Below are positions 51,255 to 62,525 of a stretch of 64,000 bases of DNA, piece by piece. A program made the position numbers and the translations under genes. The DNA lies in NCBI RefSeq assembly GCF_018977255.1, contig NW_024704742.1, positions 93,932,001 to 93,996,000 on the forward strand. The letters are read 5' to 3'. Below the pieces are notes generated by a model, which saw nothing but the letters and a program-made list of their open reading frames with translations, had not been told where the DNA came from and searched no databases. Position 1 is the first letter of the stretch. Each line of letters begins with the position of its first letter. Source of the stretch: Callorhinchus milii. Lineage: Eukaryota.

Positions 51255-51612
51255 GTAAAATCTCATTTCCTCCAGGGATGACAAGACAGGTCGTTAAAAA
51301 AATGTCAAAATTATTTCTCAAATTGTATGCCGTGAACCATCAACCTTCCCTCTTAAATTTCACTCCTTTTATTCCCTCAGAGGTATTCCTTATTGAGATT
51401 TATGCATTGTAGTGAAAGGGATTCCATTATGCATCCAGTCAGTAATTCATGGTGGTAGTTTAGAATGGATGTGAAAATGATAAACCCAAGCTTTTCTTAT
51501 TCCCTTTTGATGTCTCCCTGATTCCCACCTGGCTTTCTTTTAGTCATGGTAATGAAGACCACAAAGAGTTTTGTCAACTCGATGGTATTCATATCATGTC
51601 ATTCAAAGCAAC

Positions 51613-51664
51613 CTATTGACAACCCCACTGAGGGTACATTAACCCTTAGTGGGGTTGTCAATAG
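51613..51664. repeat. Near-perfect 23-bp inverted repeat with a 6-nt loop
   Basis: CTATTGACAACCCCACTGAGGGT-ACATTA-ACCCTTAGTGGGGTTGTCAATAG; one mismatch, which is a G-U wobble in RNA. Confidence 0.95.
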
Positions 51665-53526
51665 ATATCTGCTTTTAAGACAATTAGGACCTTGGTTTAA
51701 CATCTTATCCAAAGGACAGCACATCCTACAATCTAGTGCTGCCCCCAGTGCTGCACTGAAGTGTCAGACTAGACTATGAGTTAAACCAACAACCTTCTGA
51801 ATGAGAGATAAGAGTGCTACCAACTCTACTTCTATTGATGTAAGCAAAACACGCCAAGCTCAGTCTAATATTTTAAATGCATTTGACATGGGGGAATTTA
51901 TATTAATATTTTTCAACTTTATTGGAAGTATTTTATAAAACACAAACAGATCTTGGAATTTAAGTTATTTTGGGGAGTTTAGCAGATTTTTTTTAATTAA
52001 AAGTTCTTAATTTTGTTATTGCAGAACTGCAAACAGGTATTTCATTAACCTTGAGAGTTTGTGTTTGAAAGTCGTTTGTCCTCATCTCAAAGAAAATTTA
52101 TAATAATTAGTTACTTTAGTGTTAAAATTCCTACTGGACTGTACAGGAGTTTTAACGAAAATTCAGTACTAGATGCAAATTGAGTGTGATTTTTGTCTCT
52201 GCATTTGTAAAAATAATTGGCAAGGGAAGCCTTTTACAAAAAAGCATAAATTTAGAATGAGTGGTGAAACATCAAAACATTCAGGTATTAATAAAGGCAA
52301 CTGTTCATCTTCCATGTCACTTGCTGACCTTACAGCATTTATGGCATCGTTAACCTGCATTTTTATGAACTGAAACCTACTCTCAATGTTGTTAATAATC
52401 AGAATTGCCTGTGAACTTCCTAGTTGTAAATCAACAGTTGAAAATCTGTATGGAACAATTTATATTGACGTATTGAATGGCCTCTTGTGTGGTCTTTACT
52501 GGAGAACATATCGATGTGTAACTAGCTTTGTGCAAATGCTTTGTGTTTTGTTCTCTCCAGTTTGTTCTTTCTCTTGCTTTTCAGTTGAAATATACTATGT
52601 GTATACTTGGTGTTTGCCAATATTCCCAATCAGTATTGTGGAAGAAGATCTTATATCATTAAAATATGTTTAATTAGGTAAACTATTCTTAATTTTGCTA
52701 TTGCATTCAATTTACTATCCGTTCTGATTAATCATAAATACTTTAATTCAGTTTTCCTTTCAAAATATAATTATTTCATATTTATCTCCCCAAATAAAAA
52801 ATAACAATCTCCCAAATAAAACTTTGGCCAATGGCAGTTTGTGGGATATTGATATGCACAACCGGCTGCCGCGATTCACGCACAAAATATACCATCAATC
52901 CACTATATCCTGTGAAGCGCTTTAAAATGTTGTTGTGATGTGAAAGGTGTAACATCTAATGCAAAGATTATTATTTATCAGCACTTTTTATGTTTTGAAT
53001 AAGTGATATTGGCCCAGTTTGTTGGACCATTGATTAAACCATTTCAGTTTCTTCTTCATTTTATATTTGTCAACAAGGGCAAAAACTTAACCCAGTTAGA
53101 TAGTTGCTTCAGCCATATCTTGAGTTTAACAATAACTGCCAGTTACGGTTTGAGAGATTCCTACCTGAAAGCATTTAGTTTTTATCTCCTCTCCCAAGTT
53201 CTCAATTCTGTTCACGCCAGCTAATAGCTTCTGCAATCCAAAAACATTTCTTTGTTACAAAACAAAAACATCTCCTGGGGTCAAAGAGAGAGAGCTTCTT
53301 GCTTACCACTTTGATCTCTGCTGTGTGCACGTGACTCTGAAGTGTAGGTAACACAAAGCAAAATTCTTAGATGTTGGGTGAGTATGATGCTAAGTTTGTG
53401 AAGTAGCCATAACACAAAGACCAGACTCTGATGAGATAGTTAATACAGTAATTACACTGTGGCCTGAAGACGACGGCCGGTAAATATTAGTGCCCAGATT
53501 CTCTTTAATCACCAGCCTCCCTAAGG

Positions 53527-53535
53527 TGGGTGGTC
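53527..53535 (-). promoter_or_regulatory. Perfect GLI consensus site (GACCACCCA)
   Basis: TGGGTGGTC on the + strand in non-repeat intronic DNA. Motif match only; function not shown. Confidence 0.45.
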
Positions 53536-54082
53536 AAGTATCTGTATAAATATCAAAGTAATCTAACAGTAATCTGTTTCCCATATAGGACTGGATATAA
53601 TGCAGAGCGGATGTAAATGGTATAATTTGATATCTTATTAGTTTTTACTTTAAGGATGAATGTGCACCCGTAAGTTTCAAAGGTCATAAATGAACTGACG
53701 CAGATTGTGAAACCACATGTGTACTGTATTAGCTATGCCTTTTTGGAACTGTTTTTTATTTTCTATTTATAAAATATACGTTTGCAACTTGTGTTTTGGA
53801 TCCTGTGCTGGATTTGTTTTGAGGATGGCACCATTTCCTGTAAACATTCCCATTCCTATGTACACAACTGAAGCAGTTTTGATTTTTGCCAGGAAATACA
53901 GAGGTTGTCTGTGCAACGTAGGATTTAAAATACACAATTGCTGTATCTCTTAACATGGCGTGCCTTGTTCTACTGCAAGTGCCATATTGTAGGTCATCCC
54001 CAATAGGCTCTACCAGCCTATCACCCACATTTCTGCCCAGCTTGATATCTTATGAGTTTTTACTTTAAGTTTCATAAGATCT

Positions 54083-54383
54083 CCCAGTTGATTGAGTTCA
54101 AGATCCTCAGTTTTAAATACTTTCACCGGCTCGCTCCACCACACCTCTAGTTCGTTCTTAAACCACTCACTGGAACTCCAATCTGGAGACCCTCGGGCTT
54201 TCCCTTTCTGTCGCCTCCTTCAAGGCCTATCTCAAGACTTTCCTCTTTGACCGTGCCTTCATTCATCTTCTCCCCCACCTTTAGCCTTCACCCCTCCCGA
54301 ATCCACTGCAAACTCTCGACTGTTTGGTCGTCTTCCCAAAATGAAAGGCTCTGTATAAATTCAGCTTGTGGTTGGTGGTGTTG
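54083..54383 (+). mobile_element. L2 3' fragment
   Basis: IEFKIL and FKAYLKTFLFDRAF motifs; degenerate tail. Confidence 0.75.
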
Positions 54384-54611
54384 TGAGGCAGTAGTAGGCT
54401 GGAATCACATTTCTGCCTCTCCTCATCACTCTTGCCACGGGCTAAGCAAAAGTAAGGTTGTGCTCGTTCACACTTGTATGTGAGTAGACCACTCTGCTAA
54501 TCGCTTCAGAAAGTTAATCATGGCAATTTCACAGTACAGTTAAAAAAACATAAAGTGTTTGAAAGGCCACTTGAGAGGTTTTTTAAGTGATTTAATTCAC
54601 ATCATAAGGCT

Positions 54612-55070
54612 TCCTCAGCGGATCAGTGAGTTTAACCAAAGAGTAGCTGAGCTCTACAGAATGGAACAGTTCCAAGTTTGTGTTGATATAAGCTGATCTC
54701 TGGTGGGGAAAATCAGCCAAGGAGTCCCTCTCCTGATTGCTCTCTCAAGAGCATGCGTGCGTGTGGATGTCAGGGACCAGAAATTCCACTTGGTACTAAG
54801 CTTATACTACCTTAACCTGGAGTAACTCCCGCTTTCAATAAGAGGCGAAGCTAACATCTAGATCCCGCTGGAGTTTCTAGCCCTGGGTGAGGACAGTATC
54901 GGGTTCTGTTTTTATACCCCCTACGATATGAGTCGCCTGCTGACACTTATTGTCAATGGGTCACACATGAAGGTGAGCACTTTTTAAGCGAGGTATCAGC
55001 AGGTTCTCTTGCCTGCGGAATTGTATCCAGTGGAAGGAAAAAGGAGTCTGACCCTGTCAGGAGAGGGGAG
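54612..55070 (+). mobile_element. Old tRNA-derived SINE-like repeat (family C)
   Basis: AGCTGATCTC..AAAATCAGCCA..GGGTGAGGACAG body; diverged reverse copies at about 30890-31050, 38230-38550 and 46395-46660. Confidence 0.6.
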
Positions 55071-56923
55071 AAATTTGCAGAATAAACAAAAAAAAATCTT
55101 TTTTTTCGCTTCATGCTGACAGCGCATACTAGTTCCTGGGGCAATCTTTTTACTCACTCACTCGCTCGCTTGCCCACCCACCAGATTGGTATCATTATAC
55201 TGAAACTTTGATACTAAAGCACAAGGTCAGCTTGCTGCTTACGTATGAACTTGGTTTTGTTACTTAGACTTTCTAGTGTCCCTGACCTAAAAGAAAACGT
55301 GGCTGACAATGGGATGACCGCCAATGTCTCTTCCTGTTTTCTGCGCATGCGCTGCAAAACAGAAAGTGACATCAGACGTGTCCTGGGTCCACAGTACAAC
55401 CATGTTATAAGTGAGTTTTCGCTTTATTGAAGCACGTTACAATGGGGGGTATAATGTACTGTACTTCAAAGCCATGTACACATTACGATAATCAAGATCA
55501 AAGTGATGAGAACTTCAGAAAGTTAATTATGGCAATCTTACAGTACAGTTTAAAAAAAAATGAAGTGTTTGAAAGGCCGCTCAAGAGTTTTTTTTTAAGT
55601 GATTTAATTCGCGTCAAGTGTTCTGGGACGCTACCCTGCGTGAGGAGCACTATATAAATGCAAGTTGTTGTTGAGAACAGCTCTCTCTTGCCATAGCTGG
55701 ATTTCTTTTCTTTTAAAAAAAATGTATTCTCCAGAGCCAAAGGAACCTATTTAACTGGTATTTTATTAGTTTTTCCAAGTTGTATGTTTCGCTAGTTTAT
55801 TTGAATGTTTGCGGTACAGTCTATTGCTTGCATACATAATTCAATGAGAAACCAAACACAAATAAAGGTTACAGGGTACTTTACAACAGGGTTCCCGTTG
55901 TGAGGAAAGGATAAAACGTAGGGAGAATACACTTTGCAATGTTTTAAAGTTCATTTGCAGACTTAACCTATCTGTAAAAGCAGAATCTGTCTCTCGTTCT
56001 GTAACTGCAAGAGGAAGGTGACACTAATACTTTTGTTTTAAAAAGATTTGTTGTTGCTAAAAATGATCAAATTGCCAGGTACAAAAATTGGTACAAAAGA
56101 CGTAAAAATGTGACTGTATATTCTTCCACACTTGGCCATTGATTGCTTGTTTTTACAGTCCTGTTGGGTGGGTCCGTAGCCTAAATCTATGCTGCTAAAT
56201 GTAACCGAGTTACCAAATAAATAATGTATGCTAAAGCTTTGCATCTGGCGTTTCCACCTTAAAAATCATGAGTTATTAAATAGTATGCAACATATAAAGC
56301 AGGCCTGTGTTGTGTTTGTGGATATTTCGACTGAAATGTGAAAAAGAGTAGAAAAATAAAGCTGCCACACCACATATGTGGGACAAAGGAGAAGTGATGC
56401 AGGCCCACATTCAGGAGATGACCTCATGTAATAAATGAGCTCTGGACGTCCATGCTTTAAGACACAGAAGGATGGCAGGATGTGGCAGCACATAAAAACA
56501 AGTTATTACTTGACCAGAAGACATTTGTGGTACCGGGCTATAAATTACAAACTTATGTGTTTTTTCCATCATGTGTGTTGAAGGTTTAATGAACAAGCAA
56601 AACGTAATTAAAGGGATTTGCAATACAATTCTTTCATGACATTGAACACTGTTAAAAACAAACAGTTCTGGAACCAGGCAGATTGAAATGATGAATTAGT
56701 TTGTTAATTGGAAAGATTTTCTAAGGCTTGGGAAATCTAGGTTTGTCTTTTTGGTTTCTGAAACTTACACTACCTTACTAAAACTACGTACAGATAAGTT
56801 ACAAATAGTTTTCTAGCAATAATATTAAATATATAAACTCGCACATGTCCTCTCCAGTTGAAGGTTCTTTATCACTGAATTACTTTCTGTACTTTTAATG
56901 TTTTTGTTTGGAGTTTATCATAA

Positions 56924-57088
56924 AGTCCTGTAGCGTATTGGTCAGATCACTCGCCTCGCAAGCGAGAGTACCCGGGTTTGATTCCCAGGCAGGACATTTC
57001 GCCCACAAAATATGCACTCAATTCACTTTACAATTTATCTTGTGTAGGGCTGTGGCGGTATATTCAAATGCAAGGATTATTATTATTA
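56924..57088 (+). mobile_element. Family A SINE, internally deleted
   Basis: Head and tail only. Confidence 0.75.
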
Positions 57089-57516
57089 AAAATATCAGTG
57101 GCAGAGATGCACTGATTTTAAAAACAAAGTTGCTGGGCACTAAATGTGAACAGCACTGAAGGATAGGTTTGCAATATAAATGCTGTGGCATATCTTGGTG
57201 AATGCTCATTTGTGAACTTACTGAATCACTAAAAGGGTATCTAAAGGATATCTGATAAGAGTTGAGAAATGTCTTGTATTCCAATTCATTTTGCTGATTG
57301 TCATTAGGAAATTCAATTTGGATTTAATTTCAATGTATTTCTTCAAGTAAAGTAAAGTTATAAAATGAGAGGACTAACCAACTCTCATTGTATTTCCATT
57401 AGCCTTTTGTTTTCATTTAATATTTCCTTTTTGGTGATTATGTTTGTGGTGTGTGTATCCTAATTTCACAGAGAAGCAGGAATATTAATAACATTTCTAT
57501 CACAATATCTCAGCAT

Positions 57517-57940
57517 GTCAGCCTGGCTAGGCTGTCAACTCTTGTCTATTTAAGTCGGAAGGTTATGGGTTTACACCCCTCGTTTGGGACTTTGAACTCA
57601 CAGTCACTTCAAATCAGTGTTGGGGGATTGCTGCATTGTCGGAGTTGCCGTCCTTTGGATGAGACGTTAAACCGAGGTCCTGCCTGCCTGTTCAGGTCGA
57701 TGTTAATGATCCCATGGCAATATTCAAAAAGAGAAGATATTTTCTCTCCTGGCCAGCAATCCTCCAGATAAAATTGGTCATTCACTTCAAGGCTGTTTGT
57801 GGGACATCGCTCAATTTGGCTGCCGCATTTGCTGACAAAATACAGTGTCACTACACTTCACAATAAATCCTGTGAAGCGATTTGAGGCATCCTCCCAATT
57901 TGAAAGGCGCTATATCAAATGCCAGGTTTATTATTATTAT
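57517..57940 (+). mobile_element. Older tRNA/Deu SINE (family B, SacSINE1-like)
   Basis: GCTGCATTGTCGGAG..GGATGAGACGTTAAACCGAGG..GATCCCATGGCA body, Deu core and L2 tail. Other copies at about 7612-8370(+), 10590-10985(-), 15790-16160(-), 25015-25450(+), 34490-34840(-), 40905-41190(-), 43740-44540(-), 51680-51825(-), 58640-59335(-) and 63030-63235(+). Confidence 0.8.
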
Positions 57941-58304
57941 ATTCATTGTACTAACTTCATGAACAACTTTAGAATCAAAATGGTATTGAAAACAAATGAC
58001 GGATGTTTGTGCCTTTAGCACATCTGAGGTTTCCTTGACCTGGGGTTAACATACTACTCCACGATGAGACAAAATGAGATTTTTAAAAATAAAAGTGCAC
58101 TTTTAAAATGAATGAGAACAATGTCAAAGATGTTTCCATTACTGGTGCGGTGGAATCTGCCCTCTTCACACTGGTGCTTATCCTTCTAGTGTAAAGAACT
58201 CTCGCAGCCTCGGTCTCCAGATGCAGATTTACTGCCCTGGCCATTGCTATCTCAAACGGTTTGGGTGGAGGGGGGGAGAGAAGCTCTTTGGTGTGTTGGT
58301 GAAT

Positions 58305-59203
58305 CTGGGGCAAAAAGGAGGGTCTTGATATGGGTCTTGAAGGAGGCAATGGCGGTGGTGAGGTGGAGGAACTGCGGGATGGAGTTCCAGAAGGTGAGGA
58401 CAGAGTGGCTGAAGTCCTACCCGCCAATGGTAGGGCAAGGCAGGGGGCGAGAACCAGGCCGGAGCCCACTGAACAGAGGGAGCGGGCAGGTTGGTAGGGA
58501 GATAGTAGGTCGCAGAGGTAGGGGGGAGCAAGGCCATGCTTTGAAGGTGAGGACCAGGATCTTGAGCTGTATCCTGTGTGTGATGGGAAGCCAGTGGACT
58601 CGGGCGAGGATAGGAGTGATGGGGTCGCGGAGCCGGTGCATTTACATTTGATACAGCGACTTTCATGTGAGGAGGATGTGCAGAAGCATCCACAGGATAT
58701 ACTATATAACCCTAAATCTGTGGGGATTTTGGTGGGCGAACGATGACCAATTAATCTGGAAGATTGTTGGCTAGGACACCAAAGGAAACAGTCCTTCTCC
58801 TTTCAAATAGTCTTTTCAAGCCCTCCACGGCCTTGCTTTTCCCTACCTCTGTGACTTCCTAACCCCCTACCAACCTGTCCGCTCCCTCTGCTCAGCGGGT
58901 TCCGGACTGTTTCACGTCCGCCGCCTTGCCCGCACCACCATTGGTAAGCAGGTCTTCAGCCTCTCTGTCTCCTACCCTCTGGAACTCCATCCCACAATCT
59001 CTTCGCCTCACCCCCTCCCTTGCCTCCTTCAAGACCTGTCTCACTATCCTCCTCTTCCGTGCCTTCGATCACCCTCCTACACCTACCCTCCATCCCTCTG
59101 GATCCTAACCAGCAGCTCGTGCGTGCATCCCTGATTGTCCAGCGCCTTGGGACGTACTCCTAACGTGAAAGGTGCCATACAAATGTAATTTGTTGTTGTT
59201 GTT
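58305..59203. mobile_element. Two oppositely oriented L2 3' fragments (58305-58635 minus, 58815-59203 plus) around a SINE piece
   Basis: RDPITPILARVHWLPITHRIQLKIL on minus; PTLWNSIPQSLRL and a (TTG)n tail on plus. Confidence 0.85.
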
Positions 59204-59874
59204 ATGGAGTCTTTAACCCCTCCCTAAAGAATAGGAACTCCAGATGGAACTTCAGATTTAACGTCTTGTCGGACAGACAGCATTTCAGACAATGCAGCAC
59301 TCCTCTGGTACTGCACTGGAGTTCAAGCCCTTAATGTTGTGACATGCAGGACTATTCGTTATTTATTCCCTTTAATGTGCTGGAGATCAGTTACGGTGCT
59401 TGTTGAACCATTTTTGATCAATCACAAGTGATGAAACAAGTAAGGGAAGGTATTGATGGTTTCTAATTCTACTGTTTATTATTTAATTCCTGCCATTCGC
59501 TATGATGAAGCCGGTCGTTTGTCTTTCTGTTGATTTTTCAATTACAAGATGAGTTAGGAAGGATAAAGTTAATGGTATCAGATCCTAAGTGCATGAAATT
59601 GATGTTAGTGATATGTCATTATATTATCCCTGATGGTGTTTTGGATAGAGCTCTTAGAAATGGAAAACCTCTGGCACCAAATCCATCTCCTTATTCCTAT
59701 GAGATCCAGAAGACTTTATAGATGTTTGTAATAAATAATTTAAATGTGCTTTTCTGTTCACTGGCAAGCAAATAATAAAATAAGTTGTTCTGATGTAGTT
59801 GTTCTCTCCCCTTCGCCCTCTACTATTCTTGTCTCAGTCGGTATCTATTGCACACTCTAGTGCGTTTGTTGCTT

Positions 59875-59893
59875 TTGCCACTAGATGGCAGCA
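59875..59893 (+). promoter_or_regulatory. CTCF-like motif
   Basis: TTGCCACTAGATGGCAGCA fits the CCASYAGRKGGCRS core. Confidence 0.6.
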
Positions 59894-59931
59894 ATGAAAC
59901 ACTTGTTGCTTTCTGAACCATGTAGTTAAAC

Positions 59932-61568
59932 GTATACATCGAGGGAATTGATTGGAAGGTACAAGGGGCATCAGGCCCAATTGTTGACTCTTTTAGGTAC
60001 CTTGGGGTCATGGTGGACACCAACTTCAGCCTGGACACTGTCCTGAAGGACTGCACTGAGAAGACATGAAGGGCACTCTGGTCGTGCTGATCCCTCTTCA
60101 AGGACAGCAAGGTCCCAATGCAGGTCAAGCTTGTGGCGTACAAGCTGTGTGTGCAAACAGTCCTCCTTTACAGATCTGAGCTCCTGGGGATGGAACGGAG
60201 AGGCTTCCTCTGACCCATTTCCAAAGTCCAGGATCAAGCAGTCACGTGGATTTGTGGCAAACACGGGAAGCAGCTGCAGGGAGGGAGAGCTCTGGCCTAT
60301 ACTGACCTGTCGCTGAGCACCTTGGAGGCTGAGTCGGCTTCACAGCTGGTACGTCTATTGCCAAGGCCCCTCACATGAGGACCTGGATTGAGCAACTGGT
60401 GCTGAGTAAGCCTGGTACACAGCATTGGACTTGAATCTCAAGAACATCAAGGTGGCTGACACGACTGAAGCTGCTGTAAAGGTCTGCCCACCACGCTGAA
60501 GGCAGATGTTTGCCAAAAAACTGATGAGGAAATTCTGAGGCTTCCGGCCACAGCTGCTCGAAGCGGTTACTTGGAGTCCGAGTTTCTGAACACACATTCG
60601 TACGTCCAGCGCCTGGAATCCACCTTGGTTGTCCTGCAGTGAGGCAAGCAGCTGCTGCTTAAACTCAGCACTTCCAATTGATGGAACCATCGCTCAACAG
60701 TAAGGTTCGTGTGCCCAAGCTGCAGGAAGATGGTGGCAATTACTGTCACACAGGGATTAGTTCCTTGTACCTACCATCCACCTAGTGAGGGCTCAAACCC
60801 GCGTTTGTCAGATGTCGAACGACCAACTAGTGCCTATCCTCCTTGGGGGGAGGTAAGCGGGGTCCCCTAGGAGATGAACTGACTTCAAAGTAACATGCCT
60901 GACAATGCAATGTCGGACTGAAGCCAGCCCTCTGTGTCGGTCTCGGTAGTCCAATTCCTGGTCAGGCGGGTCCGCAGTATTCCAATGCACTGCTGGTGAC
61001 AGCACAGCCAGCAGGTCCTGGAAGTGCAGACCAGTCACTGAGGGCAAGGAGTCATCCCACTCAGCTCCTGTTAATCCTGCAAGCCAAAGTCTTAACGGGT
61101 AGGGTAGTCCTAGCTGGACAAGCAGTGGGAAAGCAGTGATACCCTGTAGCTCCGTGGTTACAGCACTCGCCTCACATTCCCGGCAGGGCAAAATGTTAGG
61201 CAAGTTTTCTTACTTCATACGTCTCTGTTTGCCTAGCAGTAAATAGGAACCCGGTTGTTAGTCGATTGACGGATCGCTTTTCTGGGGATAATAATCCTTT
61301 TTTAAAAAAAATTTGATCACTCAATCCACAACTGTTTGTGGGACAATGCTGTGAGCAATTGGCTGCCGCGTTTCGCCCACAAATATACAGTCAATTCACT
61401 TTACAGTCTATTCTGTGAAGCACTTCGAGACATCTAGAAAATGTGAAAGGCGCTACATCAAATGCAAGGATTATTATTATATCAATGGAAATCTCAGCTT
61501 GGTTTATGTTCTTTTAAGCATTGCGATGTGTTTCGCACGTGTCAGACACCCGGCTGACCAAAAAAAAC
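59932..61568 (+). mobile_element. Decayed RTE-superclade (RTE-X-like) LINE, 3' portion; SINE inserted at 61141-61480
   Basis: Read-through translation gives IVDSFRYLGVMVD..KVPMQVKLVAYKLCVQTVLLYRSELLG..KAPHMRTWIEQL..T*ISRTSRWL..LLKLSTSN..VCPSCRK..ILLGG..SQSLNG*. The 3' terminus is GTCAGACACCCGGCTGAC followed by an A-run. Confidence 0.75.
61141..61480 (+). mobile_element. Family A SINE
   Basis: Head, Deu core and tail. Confidence 0.9.
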
Positions 61569-61891
61569 CACTTATTCAAGGCTGTTCCAGTAGGTAATTG
61601 CAGATCCAGAGCAAATGAACATGCATCACTCTAAAAATTGTATGTTTTCCTCTCATCAAGTTGAGTTTAATTAATTTACTTAATCTACAAAATACGTTTG
61701 TTAAGTGAAGCCGAAGTGAATAGCCAAGTTTACAGTGCTCTGGAATGCCAATACTGGAACAAAGTCTTAAATTTCTTTTTTAACAGTTCAATGCAAAATA
61801 TTCATTACACAATGAGAGGAAAAAGAGCAAGATCAATTGCTTTTTAATACGATATCCATTCCCTGTTTTTGCAATAATGCTGTATTCCTGT

Positions 61892-62525
61892 AGTCCTGTA
61901 GCTCAGTGGTTAGACCACTTGCCTCGCAAACGAGAGACCTGGGTTTGATTGTCGGCAGGGCGAAATATTGGGCAAGTTTCCTTACTCCACATTCCTCTGT
62001 TTACCTAGGAGTAAGTAGGAACCCGGTTGTTAGTCGATTAGCGGATCGCTTTTCCGGGTGTAATAATTTTTTTAAAAATTGATAATTTTAATCCACGACT
62101 GGTTGTGGGACACTGCTGTGCGCAATTGACTTCCGCATTTTTCCCACAAAATACACAAGTCAATTCACTTTACTTTTAGATGTCTCGAAGACGTGATAAG
62201 GTGCTATTTAGGAGACCTGTAGCTCAGTGGTTAGAGATGGGTTTGATTCCCGGCAAGTCAAAACTTTGGGCAAGTTTCCTTACTCCACACGTCTGATAAT
62301 AATCTCTCAAGAAAAAAAAATAATAATTTAGTCACTCAATCCACAACTGTTTGTGGGACACTACTGTGCATAATTGGCTGCCACGTTTCCACCACAAAAT
62401 ATACAGTCAATTCACTTTACAGTATATTCTGTGAAGCTCTTTGAGACGTCTCGAACACATGAAAAGCGCTATATCAAACGCAAGGATTATTTATATTATA
62501 TATCAAATGCAAGGGTTATTATTAT
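61892..62525 (+). mobile_element. Two head-to-tail family A SINEs (61892-62210, 62211-62525)
   Basis: Two consecutive CCTGTAGCTCAGTGGTTAGA heads. Confidence 0.88.

Noticed and set aside
53003..53224. SHILS peptide resembling the next human FANCC exon (GVLSHILS)
   Set aside because: No in-phase AG acceptor, no donor before the stop, and no downstream LGY motif. The next exon is probably beyond the window.
29605..56175. Additional near-GLI motifs (TGGGTGGTG at 29605, TGGGTGGGTC at about 56165, others)
   Set aside because: Mismatched 9-mers are expected by chance at this frequency, so they are not counted as evidence.
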